The position numbers and the translations under genes were made by a program. 64,000 nucleotides of DNA from Octopus sinensis (taxonomy: Eukaryota): NCBI RefSeq assembly GCF_006345805.1, contig NC_043005.1, positions 9,486,001-9,550,000 on the forward strand, written 5' to 3'. Below, one piece after another: positions 1-10,740 of this stretch (positions within the stretch are counted from its first letter, which is position 1; each line of letters begins with the position of its first letter). The notes beneath the pieces are model-generated. The model ran no database searches. It was not told the DNA's origin and worked only from the letters and a program-made list of their open reading frames with translations.

Positions 1-73
1 AGCGAAAATGCCTTCATGATTTAACGGTTACTCGAAAGGAGGTAGGAAGTCAGTAACATACAATGAGATGAAA

Positions 74-474
74 GCTTTATATATAAAAGTGAGGTTGTGA
101 GCTGTCTGTCTCCCCTACGATTTAGATTCCTAACTACTCCCACATTTTGCGGTGCAAAACCGGGTATCTTATAGTCGTGATTCATATCGAGCCCTTCTGG
201 GTATTAGCGCGCGTCTACGATGAGTCTACGATGAGTCTACGATTTAAAAAAAAATTACCATACTTTTTTTCCATTTTAATGCATTTTTTTCGCTATTATA
301 TAAGGGAAGTAACTCTCTAAAAATGTCTACGATGAGTCAACGATTTAAAAAAAAATTACCATCATTTTTTTCCATTTTTAATGCTTTTTTGCTATTTTTT
401 GGCTATAACTCTCTAAAAATGCTTATATAGTTATTTCCCTTACAAACCCGAGCAACGCCGGGCGATACTGCTAA
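74..474 (+). mobile_element. Non-autonomous Helitron, family H1
   Basis: Starts (G)CTTTATATATAAAAG..GTTGTGAGCTGTCTGTCT and ends with hairpin CCCGAGCAACGCCGGG followed by CTAA|T (CTRR). A homologous inverted copy with canonical TC...CTAG ends is at 60252-60647. Confidence 0.8.
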
Positions 475-1436
475 TGAAATATAAAAGATGAGACGCATGA
501 TATGAAAACAAAATTGTACTAGATATGATAAACAAAATAAATCGGAACAAAGACATACGCAGAAAATATGGATTCAGAACGTTACAGTAAACATGATAAC
601 ACTGTTGGGCACAGATGTCAGCTGACTAAAATGCGCTTACGTCATTAACACTATAAAAAGTAATTTTCCCTTCACTGTAATCATACCCTATTCAATAAAT
701 TCAATAACGATCTCATGAAATAACAAACTTCACCAGACATTTGTTTCGAAAGAATTCGTGAGTAAACAAATTAAGGCGACACATGTTTTACACAAAAAAA
801 TGAAATAACAAAACATTATATAATATAAAAAGTTGGCACAATGAACTGTCCAAAGAGTTGCAATCTATGCAGCATGCATTCTGTGTAATCACAACTTGTC
901 CTAAATCGCATGGTACTTAACAAACAGCGCATATCAGGTACAAATACAACCCATCCCTACCAAAGAAAAAAACAAAAACAACACTCACATTGTATATACT
1001 CCTCCCAACAGATAAAACAATAAAAAAATACAGAAGAAAACACACCAAATACTATAGCAACGCAAAACTGTTGTAAGATAGCAAGAACTATTCTAGATTA
1101 ACAAAACTAATGCAGGATCCTAGACTTGCATCTGTTATATATTAGGAACTATCACAGAGATGTTGGAACATAACGATGAAAACAGTATTTAAGCAACATT
1201 TCGAAATCTAACTAGAACCAATATATCATCCGTATATTCCAAATGACATTTCATAAGCTTGTTTTACCTGGGGTTATCTCAAATTTCTTCTACACTAAAA
1301 ACCAGTTGATTTGTATATTAAATTTACAGAACATACAACACATTAAAATTGAATATCATAGATATAAATGTACTTAAATTTTTTGCCTTTGACTCCAAAT
1401 TGGTTTAGTGAGGAGATTGGAATAAATTATGATATA

Positions 1437-1760
1437 CTAGCACTATGACCCGGCGTTGCCGGGTCATAGTGCTAGTGCATGCATATACAGCTGCGTGCGT
1501 GCGCACATACACACGAGTACTGTCCAAATCTCCGACCAATCACATACAGCTACCTGGCATTCAATTGGCGTATCCAGTTTCGGGCATTTTGATTGATTTT
1601 TTAATGGCTTTCCGGGGTGACTGGTGAAATGTAAATATGTGCACAACCACCCTTGGACGGTTTTGAATGACAATAGAAAGTGTGAGCCCCGTAACTGAAA
1701 AATTGTGGATTTGTATAAAGGACACACACGCAGACATTTTGCCGTTTATATATATAGAGA
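1437..1760 (-). mobile_element. Non-autonomous Helitron, family H2
   Basis: On the minus strand A|TCTCTATATATATAAAC...CTAG|T with no TSD. The 3' end is a 19-bp-stem palindrome (1436-1476). Confidence 0.8.
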
Positions 1761-2714
1761 TGATATATGAAATTGAATGAAATATTCCACCGTCTAAATT
1801 TCCCAGCACTAATCTCAAACACACGAAGGGGATGTGACTCGATATATAAATAAATATATGATACAAATTTAGGAGAATTGTGAAAAAAAGGCTGTTTTTA
1901 TCAGTAGAGTGAGGGGTTCTCTGTGTTAATGAAAATCAGATTGCTAGTTTAGTTCGTCAATTATTTAACAAGGGTTAACACTATTTGCATGAAAAAATAG
2001 TGAATACAAATAAGAATTGTTGGTTTTTATTTATTCTGTCATACGTTGTGGTTACAACCAAAATACGAAACTATGCTACAAATTCGTCTTTATGCTATTG
2101 CTCTTACCATAACAAGGTAAAAATAGCGCTGAAAAACACTTTAGCAACAAAAACGAAAAGAGATAGATTGCTTTATATTGGAAATAATAGAAAGAAAAAA
2201 GAGGAATGACATCATTTTCATATAGTCTGAGTTCTGTATTGATAAAGAACACAATGAGTTAAAAGAACAATGGAAAGTGCCAAATTTGAATAGAAAGCGA
2301 TAAGCTGTGGTATGAGAGAAATCATAAAAGCTGATTGTTACTGTATTGCAATACATTTCGTTGCTGATTACATTAAGTGGTAAGCCAGAAGTTATAATAA
2401 TCATATACAACAGATTTTCTCTCTCATAGAATAGATTTCAATTTATTTTCTAGTGATTATTATTTGATACAAAATGGTGGAATCAAAGTATTGCTAGTTT
2501 AGCAGACAGCAATGGAAAGAATATGCTGAGTCATGAAGTATCCTTATGGATTTTCTATGTTCGTAAGTACTGCGAGACCGACAGATGGACGAGATGATAA
2601 TGTTTCAGAGTTGCCAAGTAATCTTCACTGGCTCATCCTATATTATCTATTTCACACATACGTATACTCATACGCGCGTACAACCTATGTAGATACACAC
2701 ACACCACACACACA

Positions 2715-2770
<56 letters not shown>

Positions 2771-2867
2771 ACGACACACACAAACGACATGCATATATAT
2801 TATTTATAGCAGCGGTGCCTGAGAATGGAGCGCAGGTTTCAAGCTGAAACTACTACAAGAGTATATG

Positions 2868-2940
<73 letters not shown>

Positions 2941-2942
<2 letters not shown>

Positions 2943-3251
2943 AATTAAGGACTGAACACGAAAAGGTGGACAGTCAACATGCTAGATATAGACGTCAAAT
3001 CGCCATTCTCCACAAAGATTTTGTTCTCAAATAAAAATAAAATTCAGCACGACCTAAAGCAATGGATGAGACAAAAGAAAAATACTAAATGGAATATTAT
3101 TCCATTTAGTATTTTCTTTTGTCTCATCCATTGCTTTAGGTCGTGCTGAATTTTATTTTATTTGAGAACAAAATCTTTGTGGAGAATGGCGATTTGACGT
3201 CTATATCTAGCATGTTGACTGTCCACCTTTTCGTGTTCAGTCCTTAATTGG
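2941..3251. repeat. Near-perfect ~155-bp-arm palindrome between (AT)n tracts
   Basis: 2941-3096 is the reverse complement of 3098-3251 apart from two 1-nt homopolymer indels. The loop is 1 nt at 3097. Confidence 0.95.
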
Positions 3252-3349
3252 TATATATAATATTTTAATCTTCGGATTCTTTTTAATGTGCTAGACCACT
3301 GGTTTTAATTGACTAATATCAATTTCTACCCTTAATTTTAAATATGAAT

Positions 3350-3393
<44 letters not shown>

Positions 3394-3396
<3 letters not shown>

Positions 3397-3603
3397 GGAG
3401 TAAAGACATAAATGTGAAACAAGGTGGAAAAAAGAGTACTCAAATACCAGTGGCAGAGTAATATGCTTTATTTAAAGCAGCAGAAAATTCAACAAAACCT
3501 GTTACTCTGAGTTTCCCGTTGCAAAAACTGTCCGATGAACGGCAACGGAAAACTCAGAGTAACAGGTTTTGTTGAATTTTCTGCTGCTTTAAATAAAGTA
3601 TAT
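3394..3603. mobile_element. Penelope-like terminal fragment with fold-back
   Basis: Arms ~3461-3522 and ~3542-3603, 19-nt loop. Contains a degenerate hammerhead-like core and is bounded by (AT)n. Confidence 0.55.
3528..3565 (+). ncRNA. Degenerate minimal type-I hammerhead-like motif, probably inactive
   Basis: ctgt-CcGATGA-acg gcaa cgg-aAAA-ctc a gag-TA-acag. Stem I is ctgt/acag. Core positions U4 and G12 are mutated; the other arm retains cggGAAActc. Confidence 0.45.
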
Positions 3604-3690
3604 ATATATATAATAAATATTAGGGAATGAATCCAAAATTACAGGGAAAAATCAGATTTAGGGTTAAATCCAAATTTTATAGTAAAATAT

Positions 3691-3863
3691 TATATAATAT
3701 AATTCGAGACAAAACCACTATTTTAAAACCAAACAAGGAAAGACTTAATCAATACATAAAATTTTGATATAAATTAAATAAAATTATTTAATTTATATTA
3801 AAATTTTATGTATTGATTAAGTCTTTCCTTGTTTGGTTTTAAAATAGTGGTTTTGTCTCGAAT

Positions 3864-3876
<13 letters not shown>
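3691..3876. repeat. Palindrome with ~90-bp arms
   Basis: tataattcgagacaaaacc...ggttttgtctcgaattata, centred at about 3782, near-perfect. Confidence 0.9.
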
Positions 3877-3929
<53 letters not shown>

Positions 3930-4250
3930 ATGTATGTATGTATGTATGTATGTGTTGTAGTTAAAATGGTACACCCCCTCCAACGGAACAATTGGTATTA
4001 ACCAGCCACTATATAGTGGGATAACGTCGACCAGTACAGGGAATCAAGTGTCAGTATTTTCTGTTCCATTTCATCATTTTTGATCCCCATTAGACGTGAG
4101 TCGCAATGTTAAACACTTGTTGAATGTCTCCCGTAAGGGTGAACCTAATTGTTGAACCTCATAGTTAAACAGTTGAATTGTTAGTTGCTGTTTTTTATTG
4201 CATGTGAATTTATAATTGTTTTCTTCCCCATTTATGTGAAAAAAGGAAGG

Positions 4251-5488
4251 ATGGAAAGCGAACCGGTCCCAGCCAGCAGCTATACTTCAGCCACTGGAAG
4301 AAGTTTAACTGCAGACATGTTACAAGTTCGGGAGGTGAAGTTGGAGAAAAAAGAGCTAAAGGAGTTCAACAGACTTATCGAAAAGGAGGGAACGATTTGA
4401 CAGCTAGTATAACTAAACGGACAGTCATATATAGAACGCTGTCCACGGTAACGAAAAGAATTGAAATAGCTACGTTGGAAGCCACAGTGGAGAGTTTAAA
4501 GAAAGTAAAAGGCCTCACAACATTCTATATCAGGGGGGAAAAGTACGGCACAGTGGAAGTAAGGTTCGCGAGCGAACAGGACGTGATAAACCACTCCACT
4601 CTGGCGCTAAGGACACCGGGGTGGGTAATTCTGCCGACTTACTGTGGCAAACGAGTGGCCAGGGTAAGGATATGCAGAGTGCTCCCGGAGATTGAGGTAG
4701 CGTGGCTGGTTGCAGCCATTATGTACAACAGAAGAGGAAGCAAAATTTTTAAAAGTAACGATTTCGAAAGAGGTAAACTGATGGGGATACGACCTCGAGG
4801 TGACAGTCCAGGTCAGTTTGCAGGACTGGCACAAGATAGAAGAGGAAGTGATACTGCCGGAGGAAGTGAGATTAAGAGTAGTGGTGGAGGGAAGACTCGC
4901 CAACCTGTTACCAGTGTGCAGTAAGGGGACACACGAGAGCAAGGTGTCCCAAGAATGACGAGAAAGATGAACTGGAACAGCAGCAACAGGGTGACGAGCA
5001 GGAGCAAAATTCCGAAGTGGCGACCCCAGTGAGTGAGAAGTGTCCAGAGAAGGTGGAGGGGGAATATAAGGTGGTAACTAGGAAAAAGAAAAGGAAGGAA
5101 AACGTGGATTCACCGCCAAAGAGTTCACTGAAGAAGATGAAAGAAAATAAACAGCAAGAGACACAGCAGAACATTATCAACAAGGAAAACCAACGTAGAA
5201 AATCAAGTGGAACTACAGGAACAAATAACAAAAAGAATCAAAAGAGAAATGGCGTATTGTGACATTTTCGAAAAACACGATAATTGAAAAGAGTCGATAG
5301 TGAGAGTGAAGTTAACAACGGAATATTATCCAGAGAACAGCAAGGCGATTGTAATTAAAGAAGAGAGATGTGCAAGATTGAGAGAATTATTTGGATATAA
5401 GATAGATCTAGCAGGTGTACGCGTGGCGTTTGACGACTTGCCACCTGTAATAGATTATGAGGACCTAATACCGTACATAAGATGGTGA
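4251..5488 (+). pseudogene. Frameshifted L1/Tx1-like ORF1 (gag-like) remnant, copy 1
   Basis: ATG at 4251. Joined frames 4251-4400, 4397-~4730, ~4850-5262 and 5300-5488. Intact CX2CX4HX4C knuckle CYQCAVRGHTRARC at 4906-4947, followed by a Lys/Glu-rich tail. Homologous to 6352-7132 (KRTVIYRTLST, YGTVEVRF, PTYCGKRVARVR). Confidence 0.7.
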
Positions 5489-5578
5489 AAAAATGTAAGT
5501 AAATATTAGGGATTTTAATGACTATAAAACTGATACAGATAGGAAAAAAGGAGAAAAATGAAAAACTATGTATATAGG

Positions 5579-5958
5579 AGCACTCCGTCGGTTACGACGA
5601 TGAGGGTCCCAGCTGATACGATCAACGGAACAGCTTGCTCGTGGAATTAACGTGCAAGTGGCTGAGCACTCCACAGACACGTGTACCCTTAACGTAGTTC
5701 TCGAGGATATTCAGCGTGACACAGGGAGTGACAAGGCCGGCCCTTTCAAATACAGGTACAACAGAAACAGGAAGTAAGAGTGAGAGAAAGTTGTGGTAAA
5801 AGAGTACAGCAGGGATCGCCACCATCCCCTGTCGGAGCCTCGTGTAGCTTTTAGGTGTTTTCGCTCAATAAACACTCACAATGCCCGGTCTGGGAATCGA
5901 AACCGCGATCCTACGACCGCGAGTCCGCTGCCCTAACCACTGGGCCATTGCGCCTACA
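5579..5958 (-). mobile_element. tRNA-derived SINE, group A
   Basis: Minus-strand head GGCGCAATGGCCCAGTGGTTAGGG (A box) and GGTTTCGATTCC (B box), tail GTAACCGACGGAGTG, imperfect TSD gaaaaactat.ta. Other copies at 7700 and 21548. Confidence 0.9.
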
Positions 5959-6351
5959 CGAAAAACTATATAAAAACGTTTAACTAAAACATTTAAAATG
6001 GTGCTACGTGCGAGTGGGGAGCATGCAGCCCTTTCACGTCCATTATTATAATGCATCTTTCATTCATTCGTTTTGTGTTTTTTGTCCCCACTGTGGTGTC
6101 CTATCTGTCCTTGTACAGCCTCCCTCTCTGCATGAGTCTAAGTGCTCAAATAAAGAAATGAGTCATGAGTCAGTACATTCTGTTGTTGGTGGTGTTTTCT
6201 TTAACATGAGTGCGAATTGTTACACATTGTTATTTATAATTCTCGAAGGTCTCCCCGTGTGAGTGTACCACGATTTGTTAAATTACTTAAATTGCTGAAT
6301 TTTCGTCACTGTTTTGTTTGCATAGTATTCGAATCTGTTTATCACCCATCT

Positions 6352-7132
6352 ATGGTAGAATTGGAGAAAGGAAGAGAGATGAAGAGTGGACAAAGTTACG
6401 CAGCGGCAACTACACAAGGAATAAATGCCAACACCCAGGAAGTACGGGAAATTAAAACTGAACCAAGAAAATGGAAGGAAGGAAGCAAATTGCAGGAAAA
6501 GGAAGGAGCCAGTCGAAAACAGACTCTTCGAGAAGAACGGAGAAATAATGTGGCAAAGAGGTCGGTGGTATATAGGACCTTGTCCACGTCCTCGAACAAG
6601 ATAGAGGTCGTCCCGATAGAGGCAATAAAAGAGTGCCTTGAAAATGTCAAGAGGTTGACCTGTTTATACACGTGGAAGAAAGTACGGCACAGTGGAAGTA
6701 AGGTTTGGCAACGAAGAAGACGCCATAAGCCACTCCACTGTGCCGATAAGGACACTGGAATGCGTACTTCTGCCGACGTACTGTGGCAAACGCGTTGCTA
6801 GAGTAAGAATGGTGCTACGGTATGGAGAATGAGGTGAAAATCCTCAAGATAACGAGGACCAAAAATGACAATTGGTGGGAGTATGGTCTCGAGATGCCAT
6901 ACAGGTGAGTTTAAAAAACCTGTATGGCATCACAGAGGAAATCATACTCGTAGAAGACACTAGACTTCGAGTAGTAGTAGAAGGAATACAACCAACATGC
7001 TTCCTATGCGGCAAAAAAAGGGCATATGAAATGTGCCCTGAGAAGGAAAACGAAGCCGAGGAGCAAAAAGGTGAAAAGAAGAGTACCAAAGAGGTAGTAC
7101 AAATAAATTGGAGGACTCCTTCAGAGTCGTAA
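6352..7132 (+). pseudogene. Frameshifted L1/Tx1-like ORF1 remnant, copy 2 (diverged)
   Basis: KRSVVYRTLSTSSNKIE; after a frameshift YGTVEVRF and LLPTYCGKRVARVR; degenerate knuckle PTCFLCGKK...C. Confidence 0.65.
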
Positions 7133-7346
7133 ACAGGAGGAAGAGAAAAGACCGGCTGAGCTCTCCTCCAGAAACCTAAAAAAGGTGGAAAGCGATTGAG
7201 ATGGAGGAGACATCAAGTGCAAGACATCAACAGAATAACTAATGAAAGACGGCGCAGAGGCAGAAACAGCATTACAACAGGATGTGGGAGGAAGCAGCGC
7301 TTATTATTTTGTTTTTTTTATATTTTTTACACGCCCGGACAACATA

Positions 7347-7560
7347 AGGCAGCGAAGTGGCAGAATCCTTACCTCGCTGGACAAATGCTTAGCAGCATTT
7401 CATCCGTCTTTACGTACTGGGTTCAAATTCCACTGGGGGTGGACTTCGCTTTTTATATTTTCAGGATCGATAAAGTGCAAAGTGAGTAGCAGTTAAACAA
7501 TGAGGTTGATGTAATCGACTTGCTTCTTCCCTGAAATTAATGGCAATTTGAAACCGATAT
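7347..7560 (+). mobile_element. Old SINE, group C
   Basis: Diverged match to the group C head (ggcagcgaagtggcagaat, gggttcaaattcc) and to the gatgtaatcgactt body. Confidence 0.75.
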
Positions 7561-7699
7561 TTTAGAGAGTTAGATTAAGAATAACAATAGAACAGTCAAG
7601 GAGTGAGATTTCAACTTATGAAACAAATGGGTAAATTAGCTGTCAGACCAACAGTTATTTTGTGTGTGCGTGTATACATGTATGTATATATGGATGGAA

Positions 7700-8075
7700 G
7701 CACTCCGTCGGTTACGACGACGAGGGTTCCGGTTGATCCGAATCAACGGAACAGCCTGCTCGTGAAATTATCGTCTAAGTGGCTGAGCACTCCACAGACA
7801 CGTGTACCCTTAACGTAGTTCTCGGGGATATTCAGCGTGACACAGAGAGTGACAAGGCCGGCCCTTTGAAATACAGGTACAACAGAAACAGGAAGTAAGA
7901 ATGAAAGTTATGGTGAAAGAGTACAGCAGGGATCACCACCATCCCCTGCCGGAGCCTCGTGGAGCTTTAGGTGTTTTCGCTCAATAAACACTCACAACGC
8001 CCGATCTGGGAATCGAAACTGCGATCCTATGACCGCGAGTCCGCTGCCCTAACCACTGGGCCATTGCGCCTCCAC
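7700..8075 (-). mobile_element. SINE, group A
   Basis: Full-length match to 5579-5958, with an approximate TSD acatgtat.tatat. Confidence 0.9.
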
Positions 8076-8334
8076 ATGTATATATATGTCTTCACACACA
8101 CACACACAGATCGAGCTGCCGCTCCTCGCACGTGATAGCGGCATGGTTGCGGAACGGCGGCGTTGACAGGGTCGGTTCGGCCGAGCAATGCCGACGGCGG
8201 CCTGCTCACATGTGCAGGCCAGTCGGTTGGCGAGCACAGTGATTTTTAGAGGCACAGGTTGTAGAAAGTTGCATGAGGGGGAACGATAACTGGTCTGTAA
8301 TGCAATTCGATGTTCGGGTCCGCACACACATTTT

Positions 8335-8567
8335 TATTTCTTTACTACCCACAAGGGGCTAAACACAGAGGGGACAAACAAGGACAGACAAACAGATTAA
8401 GCCGATTACATCGACCCCAGTGCGTAACTGGTACTTAATTTATCGACCCCGAAAGGATGAAAGGCAAAGTCGACCTCGGCGGAATTTGAACTCAGAACGT
8501 AGCGACAGACGAAATATGGCTACACATTTCGCCCGGCGTGCTAACGTTTCTGCCAGCTCGCCGCCTT
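8335..8567 (-). mobile_element. SINE, group C (short young form)
   Basis: Head GGCGGCGAGCTGGCAGAAACGTTAGC, B box GAGTTCAAATTCC, body GGTCGACTTTGCCTTTCATCCTTTCGGGGTCGATAAATTAAGTACCAG, tail GGGTAGTAAAGAAATA. Confidence 0.9.
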
Positions 8568-8729
8568 ATATTACACTGGCGATATCAGTGGGCGCGTCTC
8601 CAGTGAGAGGGATCGGGGCCTGCAACCAAACCTGTGAACGAAAAATTCCCCATAGGTGCGGATCATCAGCCCGCAGAGATCACATTCCTGTCCTTTGAAC
8701 AGACCACCCATCTTATTAAGAAATTAATT

Positions 8730-8910
8730 CCTGTCAGGTCGCTCCGAGTACTACTGGTAACATGTACCGCAGTACAACCAGTTGCATACTCAGCGTTATC
8801 GGCGAATAAACTAGTAATACCACTGAGTGTTCTTGTCTAGGAAGGACACCTTGTCGGACGGAAAACAAGCCCCTCAAAAGGAGAAACTCAAGAGTGTACG
8901 GCCATCCAAT
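8730..8910 (+). mobile_element. Fragment homologous to the repeat at 24570 (possible LINE 5' UTR)
   Basis: gtcaggtc..ggtaacatgta..cagtacaacc..ggacacc..aaaacaa..ctc..gagt..acggccatccaataa is shared with 24572-24766. Confidence 0.5.
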
Positions 8911-8968
8911 AATGTGTATGTGTGTATTCCAGGGAGGTATGCGCCGATACATATGTATAAAAATTCTG

Positions 8969-9374
8969 GGATCTTTTCGGTTTGAACGGCAGTTTTTTCT
9001 ATGAAATTGTCACCCATAATTATGACCCTAGTATCGATCTATTGCATTTCAATCTGTTTTAGGATTAGGGTTAGAGGTGGGGGGAAGGGTATCTTTTTTC
9101 TTCACAAATGTAAATAAACCCTATCTGTTTCTTAAACGAGGGACATATTCATACGGCACAGAATGTTTTTTCCCTCAATAGACCTCAGTGATTGGTTGAA
9201 ACTGTAAAAATTGAAGAAAAAACAACAACAAATATCTTACAAACTACAGAATTTTCTCAATAAAGCCAAGAGAAAAAGACGTTTTATAAACTCATTCTAC
9301 CAGTATACGAAGTTTAAAATTTTTTAGTTACCTAGAAATTATGTTAAAAACTGCCGTTCAAACCGAAAAGATCC
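8969..9374 (+). mobile_element. GG-ended MITE, copy M1 (Merlin-like candidate)
   Basis: Perfect TIRs GGATCTTTTCGGTTTGAACGGCAGTTTTT / AAAAACTGCCGTTCAAACCGAAAAGATCC, no ORF. Strand is assigned relative to the other copies. Confidence 0.9.
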
Positions 9375-9565
9375 CCAGTTGCATACTTAGCGTTATCGGC
9401 GAATAAACCAGTAATACCACCGAGTGTTCTTGTCAAGGAATGACACCTTGTCGGACGGAAAACAAGCCCCTCAAAAGGAGAAACTCAAGAGTGTACGGCC
9501 ATCCAATAATGTGTATGTGTGTATTCCAGGGAGGTATGCGCCGATACATATGTATAAAAATTCTG

Positions 9566-9971
9566 GGATCTTTTCGGTTTGAACGGCAGTTTTTTCTATG
9601 AAATTGTCACCCATAATTATGACCCTAGTATCGATCTATTGCATTTCAATCTGTTTTAGGATTAGGGTTAGAGGTGGGGGGAAGGGTATCTTTTTTCTTC
9701 ACAAATGTAAATAAACCCTATCTGTTTCTTAAACGAGGGACATATTCATACGGCACAGAATGTTTTTTCCCTCAATAGACCTCAGTGATTGGTTGAAACT
9801 GTAAAAATTGAAGAAAAAACAACAACAAATATCTTACAAACTACAGAATTTTCTCAATAAAGCCAAGAGAAAAAGACGTTTTATAAACTCATTCTACCAG
9901 TATACGAAGTTTAAAATTTTTTAGTTACCTAGAAATTATGTTAAAAACTGCCGTTCAAACCGAAAAGATCC
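9566..9971 (+). mobile_element. GG-ended MITE, copy M2
   Basis: Appears identical to M1, including the 11-bp deletion after the left TIR. Part of a 597-bp tandem duplication. Confidence 0.9.
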
Positions 9972-10318
9972 CCAGTTGCATACTTAGCGTTATCGGCGAA
10001 TAAACCAGTAATACCACCGAGTGTTCTTGTCAAGGAATGACACCTTGTCGGACGGAAAACAAGCCCCTCAAAAGGAGAAACTCAAGAGTGTACGGCCATC
10101 CAATAATGTGTATATGTGTATTCCAGGGAGGTATGCGCCATACATATGTATAAATATTCTGGACACTTTAGTGCACTATATACTATATTCCGGCAATCTA
10201 TTCGTGTGAATCCACATTCATTACACCTCTCGTTTTACAACCTTTAGCATTATCCATTGCCAAATATTTTCAAGCACACAGGTAAAGATCATTTGCTTGT
10301 GACAGATATTCTATGAAC

Positions 10319-10740
10319 GGATCTTTTCGGATTGAACGGCAGTTTTTTCTAGCGGTCTCATATGAAATTGTCAGCCATAATTATGACCCTAGTATCGATC
10401 TATTGCATTTCAATCTATTTTATGGTTAGGGTTATGGTTAGGGGTGGGGGGAAGGGTATCTTTTTTTCTTCACAAATGTAAATAAGCCCAATATGTTTCT
10501 TAAACGAGGGACATATTCATACGGCACAGAATGTTGTTTACCTCAATAGACGTCAGTGATTAGTTGAAATTGTAAAAATTGAAGAAAAAAACAACAAATA
10601 TATTACAAACTATAGAATTTTCTCAATAAAGCCAAGAGAAAAAGATGCTTTATAAACACATTCTACCAGTATACGAAGTTTAAAATTTTTTAGTTACCTA
10701 GAAATTATGTTAAAAACTGCCGTCCAAAGCGAAAAGATCC
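10319..10740 (+). mobile_element. GG-ended MITE, copy M3
   Basis: Same TIRs with a few substitutions. Flanked by a ~165-bp direct duplication (10154-10318 and 10741-10904). Confidence 0.9.

Larger units (their letters stand above)
8778..10161 (+). repeat. U-M1-U-M2-U array (U about 191 bp)
   Basis: U copies at 8778-8968, 9375-9565 and 9972-10161, each abutting a MITE end exactly. Confidence 0.95.

Noticed and set aside
5880-5955. tRNA gene (A and B boxes, cloverleaf-like)
   Set aside because: It continues into a repeated SINE body with TSDs and lacks a proper acceptor stem. The same applies to all SINE heads here.
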